Source: Carcharhinus longimanus
Taxonomy: Eukaryota
Assembly: GCA_030264375.1 (NCBI GenBank)
Contig: JASCQW010000119.1
Span: 6,553,271-6,617,241, forward strand
DNA length: 63,971 nucleotides
Direction: 5' to 3'
Below, in pieces: positions 30,001-42,000 of the stretch. Below the pieces are notes generated by a model. It searched no databases, was not told the DNA's origin, and saw only the letters and a list, made by a program, of their open reading frames with translations. A program made the position numbers and the translations under genes. Positions within the stretch are counted from its first letter, which is position 1. Every line of letters starts with the position of its first letter.

Positions 30001-33000
30001 TGTGAAGAACGACACCAAATGTCTGTTCAATGCCGCAGCCATTTTCTCATTCCGTTATTACATCCCCCTTCTCATCCTCTAAAGGGCCAATGTTTACTTT
30101 AGGCATTTTTTAAAAAAATTATATATCTGTAGCAACTTTTGCTATCTGTTTTTTATGTTCTAAGCTAGTTTACCCTTATAATCAATCTTACTTTTCTGTA
30201 TAGCTTTTTTCGTAGTTGTCTGTTGACCTTTAAATATTTCGCAATCCTCGAGTTTCCCAATAATTTTTGCCACTTTGTATGTCTTATCTTTCAATCTAAT
30301 ACCCTCTTTTATTTCCTTTGATATACGTGGCTCCTTATCTTTTTTTTCTCCAGTCCTTTCTTTTAACTGGTACATACTCTACAGTCCTTCCTTATGACTG
30401 GCATGTAAATTGGTATAATATGCACGTCTGTCTGTGTGTGAATATGTGATGTGTCTGTATTTGCTTCTGCGTGAGAATTTCGGTTTATTTGTGCGCATAC
30501 TTAACTGTGTGCATGTTTTGTGAATGTGTCCTCGTGACTGTCATTATTTCAATGGGGCCGAGATATCACTTTCGTCTCTTGATGGATTTTCAGCGAGTGT
30601 GTGCTTATGTCCCTTTGTGTGCGCATATGTGCGCAGATCCTATAATCAGTGCAGTTATAAAAATGATGTGTCCACATGGGTGTCGTTCGTGTGTGCGTGT
30701 GTGTGTGTGTGTGTGTGTACGCGCGCGCGCGTGCGTGCATGCGTGTTTGTGTATTGGTATGCATGTGTATGTGCCCGTGAGTTAGAGAAAACGTTTACAT
30801 GCATGTAAGCATGCGTGCTGAAACGTATTTCTGCCTGTGATTGCATGCGCGTGCGACTTTGTCTATGTGCATGTTTCCCTTCTCTGTTTTTGTGCCTGTA
30901 AATTTATATCTGTCGTTGCATTTGCGTGCCATTATTTGCGGTTTTGCACTTATTCTTATGCGTTTCCGTGTGCAGGTTCGTTTTTACATTTGAATATGTT
31001 CTTGTGAGAGAATATGCACTTGTGAGGAAAGCCTGTGCGAACACATCTGTCATTTCGTCAGATTCGTCGTGGCTTTGTGTGCCTTTGTGCGCAAGGCATA
31101 GACAGAGTGTATGTCCATGTGTCTTTGTTTTTACGCGTCTCCGTACTGAATTTGTTTCTGTTCGTGTGTGCTAGTTTCTTTTTGTGTGTCTATGTGTTTG
31201 CATGTTTCACTGTGCATTTGACCGTGTATCTGAATTTCTCTCTGCATTTCTATTTGCATGATGCAATGGATGGGGCGCACTTGTGTGCTAGCGAACGCGG
31301 CCTTGGGTTTGTTTTTGCTTGTTTGCATGCCTGTCTGCGTGCACACGCGAAAATCTGCACGAGTGAGAACCTGATAATTTGCGCGAAGAAGTCTATCTTT
31401 TGTGTGCCTGTTGGTGTGCCTGGTTGTGTGCGTATTTCTGTTCTGTGTTGGTAAAACCTTGCGTCTCACCTTATTTTTCTTTCTTTGAATTTTTGATCAT
31501 TCTGTCTGTTTGTGTTTAGATCCCTGCCTGTGCATTTCTGCCAAAATGCAGATGTTTGCGTCGGTGTATACATCCTTTCAACGTGAATGTCAGTGTCTGT
31601 TCGCGTGCGTGTACAATGATCTGCGTGCATGGGTTCTCTTCATCATTTAATACCAGCCGTGTTCCAACCTTTAAGCGACGTAGTCTGCTTCTGGTAGTGT
31701 GAATAGACAATGTTTCGTCTCTCCAACTTAGTAAAACATATCGCCTGATAGAGAAAAGAATTGTTCTGGAATTGGTATGTATTTGTCTTCATTAAAGGCA
31801 GGTTATGTCAATTATTAATTCGACATGCCCTCAGTTCAGTTTAAGGCATATTTTAGTGCATGGAACCCTTCCTGCTTTCGCAATGCCAAGCTAACCTTTA
31901 GCTCATTCGGCATAATTTCCTATTTCAATCCATTCACATATATGAATTGAATGTAAAATAAACATTCATTATTTTGTTTATTATCTTGATTTTTTCTGCA
32001 GCGATGTAATCCTTCAGCATAGTAATCTGTTTACTTAAACATGCAAGAAAAATCGTGAAATGCACAAACAGTAGTTCACTAGACAAAAACGAGTTACCAC
32101 TTCACGTATCTGAGCATTCATCATCTGATGACCAATCATTCAGCTGGATTTTTTTTTGTCCATTTCGTTTTGCCTACAGAACTGACTATTTCCAGATTTA
32201 ATGCTTATGTTTTAAATATTGTGGACTTTTTTTTTGTTGTTCTCTTGACATGGTGTTCCAATGTTTGCTCATATGACTGCATTAGAATGTCAGAACTTAT
32301 CGTTGTCTGTACACAGTCGCAGGAATTTTACCACCTCTCCTGCCCCAGATTGGGGCGGGCGAAGCTCGAAGAACGGAATTCTCCATTGGCCTCGGCCGGA
32401 AACGTACAAGCCTTCCGCAGACGAGGCGGTAAATCTCTGGCAAGAGAGTCGCCTGCAGAAGACTTTAAAATATCATATAGTATGCTAAAATTTTATGCCT
32501 GACGTTTTTTTTTGTTGAGATCGTCTGTGAAACTGACTTATTTAACCTTTGTTCAAGAACTGATAGTAGTAATGACAACATTTCCATCATGTGTAATTGC
32601 ACTGTAGCATTCTTGCTGACTAACATCATTTTGGAAATCCACAAAGAAGACTTATTTATTTCACTGCTTGATTGCCTCACTATTTTACACCACATCAGTC
32701 GTGTGTTAACATACCTCTGATTGTTTTCACCGACGAAGACGGTTTAATTAATTTATTGCAAATTGTTTTGAAGTAACGCCGACACATTTCAGTTCGCCGC
32801 CTTGGAAACGTGGCAACTAGTTGAGCAGAACCATAAATAAATTTCGTTTCCCCGCCTTTTACCAATATTATTTTGTCAGCGCGCGCCGTGTGCTCGTTTT
32901 TTTGCCAGTGGAGAACAGGTTAGTTTATTAAATCTGCCTCAGTTCTCATGACATTTCCTCCTCGAATCACATTTCTGCCAAGAAAACATTTACATTTTGA

Positions 33001-36000
33001 AGGTAAGTTTATTGGATAAAGTCTGTGACACACAAACATGCTTACCTGCGTTCTTCGATTTCAATTTATCCTCTGTTCAGGAACAAATGAGGAACTTTGA
33101 GAGTGCAAAGCTGCCATACATGAAACTATCTGCGAAGTCATCCCAGACTGTTCAGTTGTGTTGTTGTACTTAGGTGCAGTTTTCAGAATATGGCAATAGT
33201 TGTGATTGTCCAGTCCAGCATGCACACGATTCTTCCAAAATGCTGAGCGAACTACTTTATTTCTAGCCTGCCTATAACTTGAATAAACCACACTCAAATT
33301 TATGAATCCAGGTTTCGAGTGCTATTGTATGTTGTACAGAGCATGAACATGTTGCAACAAACATTTATGGGCTAACGATTCATTATTGGTTACTGCATAA
33401 TGCTGACCTCGAAATACTTTGCAAGCCAAACATTGATGTGTTGCATGCAACTCAGACGCGAATAACGCGTTAGCTTAAGGATAGAAACCGAACGTGCTTT
33501 GTTATCAGTCGGAAAAAAAAGGTGGACGCTAAGTGGAATGATTCACGCTAATTTCTTCCCTCTATTTACCATATGTAGACCAAATTATTGTATCGTGCAA
33601 CACTCTTGCTTCCTATATATAACCTTGACAGTGTCCCAATCTCTACGCGCCCTCATAGCTTGATCATTCACAACATCGGAATGTTGCGCATTTCAGGACC
33701 AGCCTCGCCATTTGTTTTCAAAGTGTACACTTCCTGCGGGAATCTTCAATAAAGATTTGTACAAGGTGCAAAATACGCCCGCAAGTCTCATTAACAAATA
33801 ACCTCTTTAAATTTAACAGAGAGCTGGCAAGCAGTCAAAAACCTGAATAATTTCCCACTGTCATACAGCAATGAATACGAGTTCCGGGAAACGTCAGAGA
33901 AAACATATAGTTCAAACAGAAAAATACTTATTGAAGGAAGAACAAGCTCTGTACTTTCAGTCTAGGGAACACATAGGTCAAATGGAATTGCCATTTACTT
34001 GGGGGTTGTGAGGGATTGAGGCTGGAGTCGAAGGTTGTGGAGGCATGTTGTTGAAAGAATGGAGTTTCAGCGAAAAACAAAGCAAATCTGTATTAACATT
34101 CATTCAAACAGCACACGTTAACGAACTGAATTTCGTGGTGGCGGCGTCGGGCGAGGGGCGGTGGTGAAGGGTAAGAGATTCTCGCTAGATGTAAAACTTA
34201 CTGATGCAACTTTAGATTTTCAACATTAGGGTTTTTGTCTCATCGATTTCATAACTTCGTCTATGTTAGAATCCGATGTCAGCATCGATGTTACTCGATT
34301 GCTTGTTTTTTTACTTTTTTAAAAAACGTTATTTCACGGGGTTGCTGGGGAAACGATGAGCCGTCATCTTGAAAAGTATTGTTTCACTAATTGTGCGTAC
34401 ACTGTCAGTGCCCTTGAGAGGTGGATCCTGGATCTATACTTAGTTATAGGTTATGACCCTGAATATTGCTGTCAATTTAATGCCGTCTTGCTGGAGAGGA
34501 ATTGTTGCAGTTGTGAGGATTTGGCGATGTACAAAATATAGGTGGTNNNNNNTCAAGGAAGCTCCATGCTCCTTAATGCTATTAAGTTTCTTGAATGTTA
34601 TTAGAGTTGTGCTTGAATGTATTTAAACTGCCGCAGTTATGATTAGACTATCTAGCTGTCAGAAACGTCTGGAAATCATTACGCTTCACAGAGGTTTTTT
34701 GTTCGAACACGCAAGCCCAATCTTCCCAAACACTGCCATTTTTTGACAGTTGGAAGGTGTGTGCAGCTGGGGCGAGGCAAAGGCACAACACAGCCAACAC
34801 TGCCTACCATTTCAGTGCATCTACTCCTCACCTCCCCTTCCATCGCCTCCACGCACGCCAACTGCCCTCGACCCTCCTCCAGCCATCAAGTCAGACCTAC
34901 TTCCTGCTCTACCACCTCCTTACAGGGCACACCCTGCACATTTGCTTTCACATGTCGTCACGTCTGCTTGCATAATCACCCATGACAACACCCTAACATT
35001 GTCCTTTGCATGACCCGAGGCAGTATTCCACCAGGCGCCCTCACTACATCATCGCATTGTCCTCTGTCTTAGCCATGCCCGCACTTAACAACCAACACCA
35101 CTCAAGCCACGCAGCCTTGGCCCTGCACTTGGCATACACACGGTGCGCAAGCGACTCTATTAAGTTTACAGGTGGAGGCGCATAACATTCCATTTGGGCA
35201 CTGCCAGACAACCACTGCCCAATGGGCAATGCGCGGCCATAGCCACCACCATCCAATGATTTCACTTGGTTCTCATAGGTGTGCGGCCATGAAACCTAGC
35301 CTCAGTCTACGAGACGAATAGTGATGATCGTGCCCCAGACGAATTTATTCTGGGTTCACCTCGCAGATCGGCTAGATTCATTACATGCCATTAGTCAACG
35401 ATATAATTAGCACTGAGTTGAACAGATACAGTCACGTCTGCTCTTGTTCTGTTTCAATTGCCATTTGGGTTTTCAATGTTCATGACAGTTAAGCTCACAT
35501 AATTAACTGCAATGTACTAATATGCAGACACAATTTCTCAAAGAGCGCTGAGTTTCTGGTGAGACGTTGGCTGCCATGTGTGACACCATCTTGATTTTCA
35601 TTTCCAATAAATTGCCAGAAGTTTTGCGATTCAATATTTTGGCCAAGCAACGCCAATATATTTGCTGTACACCCAGAAGTAATACTTTCACTTCTGTACT
35701 AAACATTGCAGAGAGAGAAAAAGAATAGATTTTGAATCAACCATGTTAACAGTCATGAACGATTTTGACGGTAACGATAATTAAACCTACCTAAGTCATC
35801 TATAGTTTCCTGGTTTGTTGCTAGATCTAAATTGAGGGAAAACATATTTTCAAATCTCTCACTTAGACAGATTCGGAATTGTCTTAAGGTGGAAAATCAG
35901 GAACATAGGAATAAAAGGAACAAACGCTGTTAGGCCACAATGTTGCAATTGTAGATGCCTCGGAATTTATCCAGACATAGACAATATTTCACTTCAATGT

Positions 36001-39000
36001 TAATAATAAACGAGATGACTTTAACGCTAATGCAACAAAACAGCCAATATCTGCTGTCCACTTCAATATCCAAACTATGAAAGACATTTTACGGTTTAAA
36101 CAGAAACATGGCGTGGTTTGATCACATAGATGGAAAGTAATAAAATTGGACTTAGTTTAGGTACACGTTGTAAACAGATTAGGAAATGAAACTAACCTGC
36201 TGCCTGTGCAACAACGTCGTGGCATTGCTGCTGTGTCGTGTGATGATATCTGAATGCAATCATTCAGCCGCTAAAATAAATAGGGTCTTAAACCTTTACT
36301 TCTATGGTCATGGCACCAAAACAATATTGTTCCTGATAGGGCAAATAATGTTCTGAGCTCAACACGTAAATCATTAGTCATTATAGACAGCAAATAAGGA
36401 AGTCAATCAGGAGAATACATCTATCTCCTTGGTTGCTCGCAACATTCTCGAGTTTGGCTTCCCTTCATCCAAGAGTTTGATTTAGAATTACGGGAGGCAT
36501 GTCTTCTCTTGGTGCCATGGCCCTAAAGCAGCGCGCAATCATTAGGCAACTTTGGATAATTAGCCCATCTGTAGAAGTATTCAAAACATCCGGGAATGAA
36601 TAATTTGATATAATCCTTTCACGATGACACCAATCTGTCAGATGACGTCGCCAAATTAATTACTATTTGGTTTTCTCCATGCTGGAAATTTGACGTTTTC
36701 TTCCACGAGCATTGCCTTTGCTCAGTCATCAGTAGTCACATATTATGTGCTTACACTCATCATTCTTGATGTCATGAGTGTCGTTCTGCCCTAACGTCTC
36801 ATCAATCAAATTCAGATTGTCATCAATGGTCTACACTTTTAGAAATTTTGGGATATAATAATGAATAAAACACATTTTCAGCGACCTCTGTAGGGGTAAT
36901 ATGCAGGCGAACTTTTGGCAATTGCATGAATAGTGTTTCTAAAAAAATGTTCGACAGTTATTCACACAACTTGATAATGGACTTTGCTCTCTTGGTTATT
37001 TCTCTATTCTTTGACGATTTTCTCAGATATTCAGTCTATCCATTGACTGATCATTGAAAGGTTAAGTTTTATCGTTTTTTGTTTCCTGCTGAGGAGCATT
37101 TAATTGACACAACCAGGATATTGTCGCGAAAGGAACAAAAAACGTTGAGCCATTATGTCTAACAATCTGCTCTGGCACACCTAGTTTTCCAACGTACATC
37201 AAGTTTTCCAATGGTTCGATTGACTGAAATATATTACAGACTATTAGATCCTGGCCAGTTTGAGGATACAGCCTTTACGACTAACAATAATTAATCCTCA
37301 AGTTGACAACTAGGATCTATAGACAACCATTGCAATGACATTTTAGGCGACTTAAAGAATGCAATTGAAATGGCAGTGACGTGTTTCCTACCTGTGCACA
37401 GAATCGATATGTTCAAAATTTGCATCACTCTGAGCGTCCAGATCTGCCCACAAACAACAATCGTTACGTGATCCTTGCTTCGTCCTCACTGTACCTGGAA
37501 TTCCCTCGTGTCGTTGGTCACTAACTCTTCAACTCAGACGAGGAGAACTCATCTCCGGAATTATCCAAAATAGACACGGATGTTCAACCAGGTTTAATAA
37601 CATCTATGTTAACAATTAGCTTGCCTTTCAGCAGTATTTCCTCTCAGTGGCATGTTCATTACATCACCCACCATGGAACCATCGCTGGTATGTTCGCTGA
37701 ATTTGACAACCTGTCACAGACAAACAATTTGTCAGCTAAAAATAAACAACATCAGCAAAACTAGCTGGCGGCATCTGCTGTAATTGCTTAATTAAATGTG
37801 ATTGGCGCCGCACGCTGATCGACTAAACATTATCACATCAGAGTGTGCAGAAGTTGTCTGCTTCGGAATTGGCTAGCAAGTATGGACGACATAACTTTAT
37901 ACAGCTCCAAAATAAGAATTAATTGTCATCGTCAGTCAATAGGGAGAAACGATGACCATAGAAAATGATCATGAAGCTATTTGTGCGCCAAAATCATGTT
38001 CATTGTGTTGCGCAATGGATAGCTCATTTGACTTCTACTTGAAAAAAAAATACAATCAAAGGTTTAGGTGGGGCCGGGGCCTTAATTTACTGGCGGTATG
38101 GCGGCAAATGCTTAGCACTGCTGCCTCACAGCACCAGGAACATGGATTCGATTACCATCTGGGTCACTGTCTGTGGGGTCTGCATGTTACTCCCTTGTCT
38201 GGATGGATTTCCTCCACGTACTCTTACTTCCTCTGACAGTCCGAAGGGCAAACTGGTTACTTGCATTGGCCATGCTGAATTCTCCCTCAGATTACCCAGA
38301 CAGTCACCAACGTTTGACGATTCGGATATTTTTCAAAGGAACGTCATTACTGTGTTAATGTAAGCAGACTTGTGACACTGCTAAATAAGCGCTCAATCAT
38401 AAACAATTACTGGCTGTGCAAATGTGAATTCACCAGGAGTCAGGACAGACGAAGCAACTGCTATTGATTTTAACCATCCGAAGGCATGGTATGTGCAAGA
38501 ACAAATCCTAATCTATAAAGTGTAATTTTGAAATCACTCAAAAATGGTACATTTCGAGTACAAACACTGGTAATTCAGAATGCTTCAAATTATCTCTTAA
38601 ATCGTCTCATACACTTTCATATAATGTCGTCCAATCACAAAAATCATTCTCACAAAGTAGATTATGCAGCGGTTTTAATATGAAAGCCAAGTTTGGAATA
38701 TATTTTCCAAAACAAAACAATAAGGGTATAGATAGAGTAAAAGGTGGCAGGCTTTTTCCTAGATTGGAGACAAATATTACGAGGGGTCACGTGCTAAGGG
38801 TGAGGGGGGAGAAGTATAATTTGGATACTAGAGGGAGGTTTTTCACATAGAGGGTCGTGGGGGTATGGAATGAACTAGCAAGTAAGGTGGAGGAGGCAGG
38901 CACGCTGGACTTGTTTAAGGTTTACTTAGATAGGCACACGAGTGAAACAGGGGTGGAGGGTTAAAGGAGACGGTTTTTAAAAGGGTCAGAGCCTCCGGAC

Positions 39001-42000
39001 ATTACTGGGAATCTAACGATACGTGTGTTGATGTTTTGTCTCTTTTACTCCGCAGGTTTGTCGGTCCACCTTGTTGTCTAACGAGGGGCATGCACGCGGT
39101 GGGTCGCGCGTGGGCTGCTCTTGGATGTTTCGAGAGTGGCCTAGTACTTCGCGTCCTTGTGTGTGCTTAAAACTGGACCAGCAGATGGGCACCACAACAG
39201 CTCAGTGACTATCACTGCTAGCTGTGCAGATACNNNNNNNNNNNNNNNNNNNNNNNNNNNNNNNNNNNNNNNNNNNNNNNNNNNNNNNNNNNNNNNNNNN
39301 NNNNNNNNNNNNNNNNNNNNNNNNNNNNNNNNNCTTCAGAATGACCAGGTAGATTTTGCCACGCAAATCAATCAATTTTGCTGTTCTTTTGGTTGCTGCT
39401 GGAACTGAGGAGGATGAATTGTGAGCGCAGGCGGCCCGGGCCATACTGCTTGCAGGAGTAGAGAGAAATGACCACCAGAGGCAGGAGGTGGCCACCATTC
39501 ATCTGGGGGGCTTGCAGGAGGAGGAGGGAGCAGAGACACCAGCATTTCCATGCAAGAGTGTNNNNNNNNNNAACAGATGTTGGAGACCATGTGCCACCAA
39601 CATCTCCGCCTCTGAAAGGCGACAGTGCAACACCGGTGCAACCTGTTGCAGAACTTGGCACCTGGGAGGGGGCACCCACTCTCAGTGGCCGTCCAATTGA
39701 TGGCCACTCTGAACTTTAATGCGATTGGCTCCTTCCAGACCCCTAGCGGAGATGTATATAGCATCTTCCAGTCAGCTCTGCACACCTGTGTCAAGCAGGT
39801 CACAGGAGCCCTGTATGCCTGGGCTGGGCAATATGTCAAAGTTAACCTGGACCAGGCCCCATCAGGAATCCCCGGTTGCAGGGTTTGCAGCCACTGCGGG
39901 GATGTCTGATGTACAGGGGACCATCGACTGCACCCACATCTCCTTTGATGCCCCCCCTAGAGAATCCATGAAGATTCATCAACAGAAAGATTCATCAAAA
40001 GAAGTTCCACCCCTTGTGACCATAATATGAACATTATGCATGTCTGCACAAAACACCCAGGTAGCATGCACGACAGCTTCATTGACAAAGGTCAGATATC
40101 CTGGAGGCATTTGAGGAGGAACCCAGGCTGTGGGGCTGGCTCTTGGGTGGTACAGGTTACCCACTTTGGACATGGCTGATGATGCCTCTGCGGAGGCCTG
40201 TGATGGAGGAGGAGACCCTCGATAATGAGGCCCATGAAGTCACCCGCATGTCACCAGTGGAGAGATGCATTGGGCTACTTAAAATGCAATTCCAGTGCCT
40301 GGACTGATCTGGCAGGACCCTCCAGTACAACCCTGTAATTTCTTCCTGCATTGTTGTCTTATGCTGTACCTTGCACAATCTGGCTCTGCAGAGAGGTGAC
40401 ATATTGGAGGAGGAGGATGTGGAGGCTGACCAGCCGGGCGTTGCTGGAGAGGATGACCAGCTGGAAGAGGAGGAGGAAGAAGAGAAAGAGCACGCTGAGG
40501 AACACTACCCAGGATTGGAAGGCTGGCAGCTCAAATGAAGCATGCGAGGGTGGCAAGGGAGGCCCAAATCACTAAGTCGTGAGGGGCTTGTGTCTATGGG
40601 TTCCATCCTCCACCCTTCCTCCCCAAACTCCTCCTAAATCCTGCAACGTTGTCACACTACATTGGTGGGCCTGGGTGTCGGTAAGTTTTTTGGCAAGCAG
40701 GAGAATGATGACAACTCGCTAAACACCTTTATGATAATGCCCTGGTGCAAACTAGTCTGACTCCTACTGAGCTCCGCATGCATGCTAACACCTGGTCCCA
40801 GGTCTGTGTAGTGGTTAAGGGAACTGAAACCCCCATACAGGGCCCTCGGTCGTGGAATGGGGAACGGAAGAGGATTGCTTATGGGGTCTGGAGAACCAAT
40901 GGCTTCCTTTTTTCAGTGACACAGCATTGAGGGGCCTCCCCACCCAATATCAACATGAAGCATCCCTCCAGAGATCATCACTGGAAGAGAATTCCTATTC
41001 GGGAAAAATCTGAGACAAATTAATCACTAGTGGCTGGTGAAGAAACATTTAATTGCAATGAAGGTGTTTAAATAAGATGTTCTAACATAAAAACTTGTGA
41101 ACATAAAATGTTAAGGTCCTTAAATATCTTTCTAAATAATGCAGCCCTTCAACCATGCCATCCCAGTGCAACTACAACTTCCTAACTTACATGGTTTACC
41201 ACTACATCTCAGTAACTCCCCAGAATGTACATCGGAGGTGGAGGGGGCCAGCTGCCTACCATGCTCTGTGGCTTGTGACGCGCGTGGCGGACATGGACGT
41301 CCTGTACCTTGAGAGGCCCTGGCCTGTTTTCAGGTGTCTGGGATGTTTCCAGGACACCACCTTCATCCTGCTGCCCCTGAGATAACCCGGTGTAAGGAAG
41401 GAGGGAGTCAGATGGTATAGCCACAGTGTCCTGGCTGTAAGGCCCCGGCATGGGCTTGAGCCCTTCCTCCTCCCTTGGGGTTCCTGTAGGCCCCTGGATC
41501 ACTCCACAGAGCAGTGGTGCTTTTGCAGTGAGCTCCAGAAGTTCTGGTGTCACCTGGCACTGGCAGTCCTGGAGGATCACCTGCGTCCTACCTATGGTGG
41601 TCAAGCCCTCTGTGATAGCTACTTGCATTGGGGGTCATCTCTCAATGGCCGCAGTCTGAGACTGGATCACGCTCTGCAACCACTCAGCCATGACCCTCTG
41701 TGACTGGGCCACGTTCTCGAGGTCTGCTGCCCTTGCCCACTGTGTCTCAGCACTGTCCCACTGGATCTCCTGCAAGCTTTCGGCCATGGGCCATAGAATC
41801 TTGAGAATCCTGTTCAGCCCCTCAGCCGTGGCTGTCTGGGACTCCGCTGTGGTCCGCTGTGACTCGACTGTGGCCCTCTAGGACTCTGCTGTGGCCATTG
41901 CTTGGAGCCTGCCACTCATGGTGAGGATCTCTGCCTGAGGCATTCCACTGCAGATGGCACCCTTGCAGTGTTGACCTGGGAAGGCATGCAAGACGGGCAA

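Noticed and set aside
32098-32124. 27-nt AG..GT segment
   Set aside because: It contains TGA in the phase-1 frame and has a poor acceptor context.
37672-37710. 39-nt AG..GT segment ([13 protein letters not shown])
   Set aside because: Wrong length class and no heptad or consensus match.
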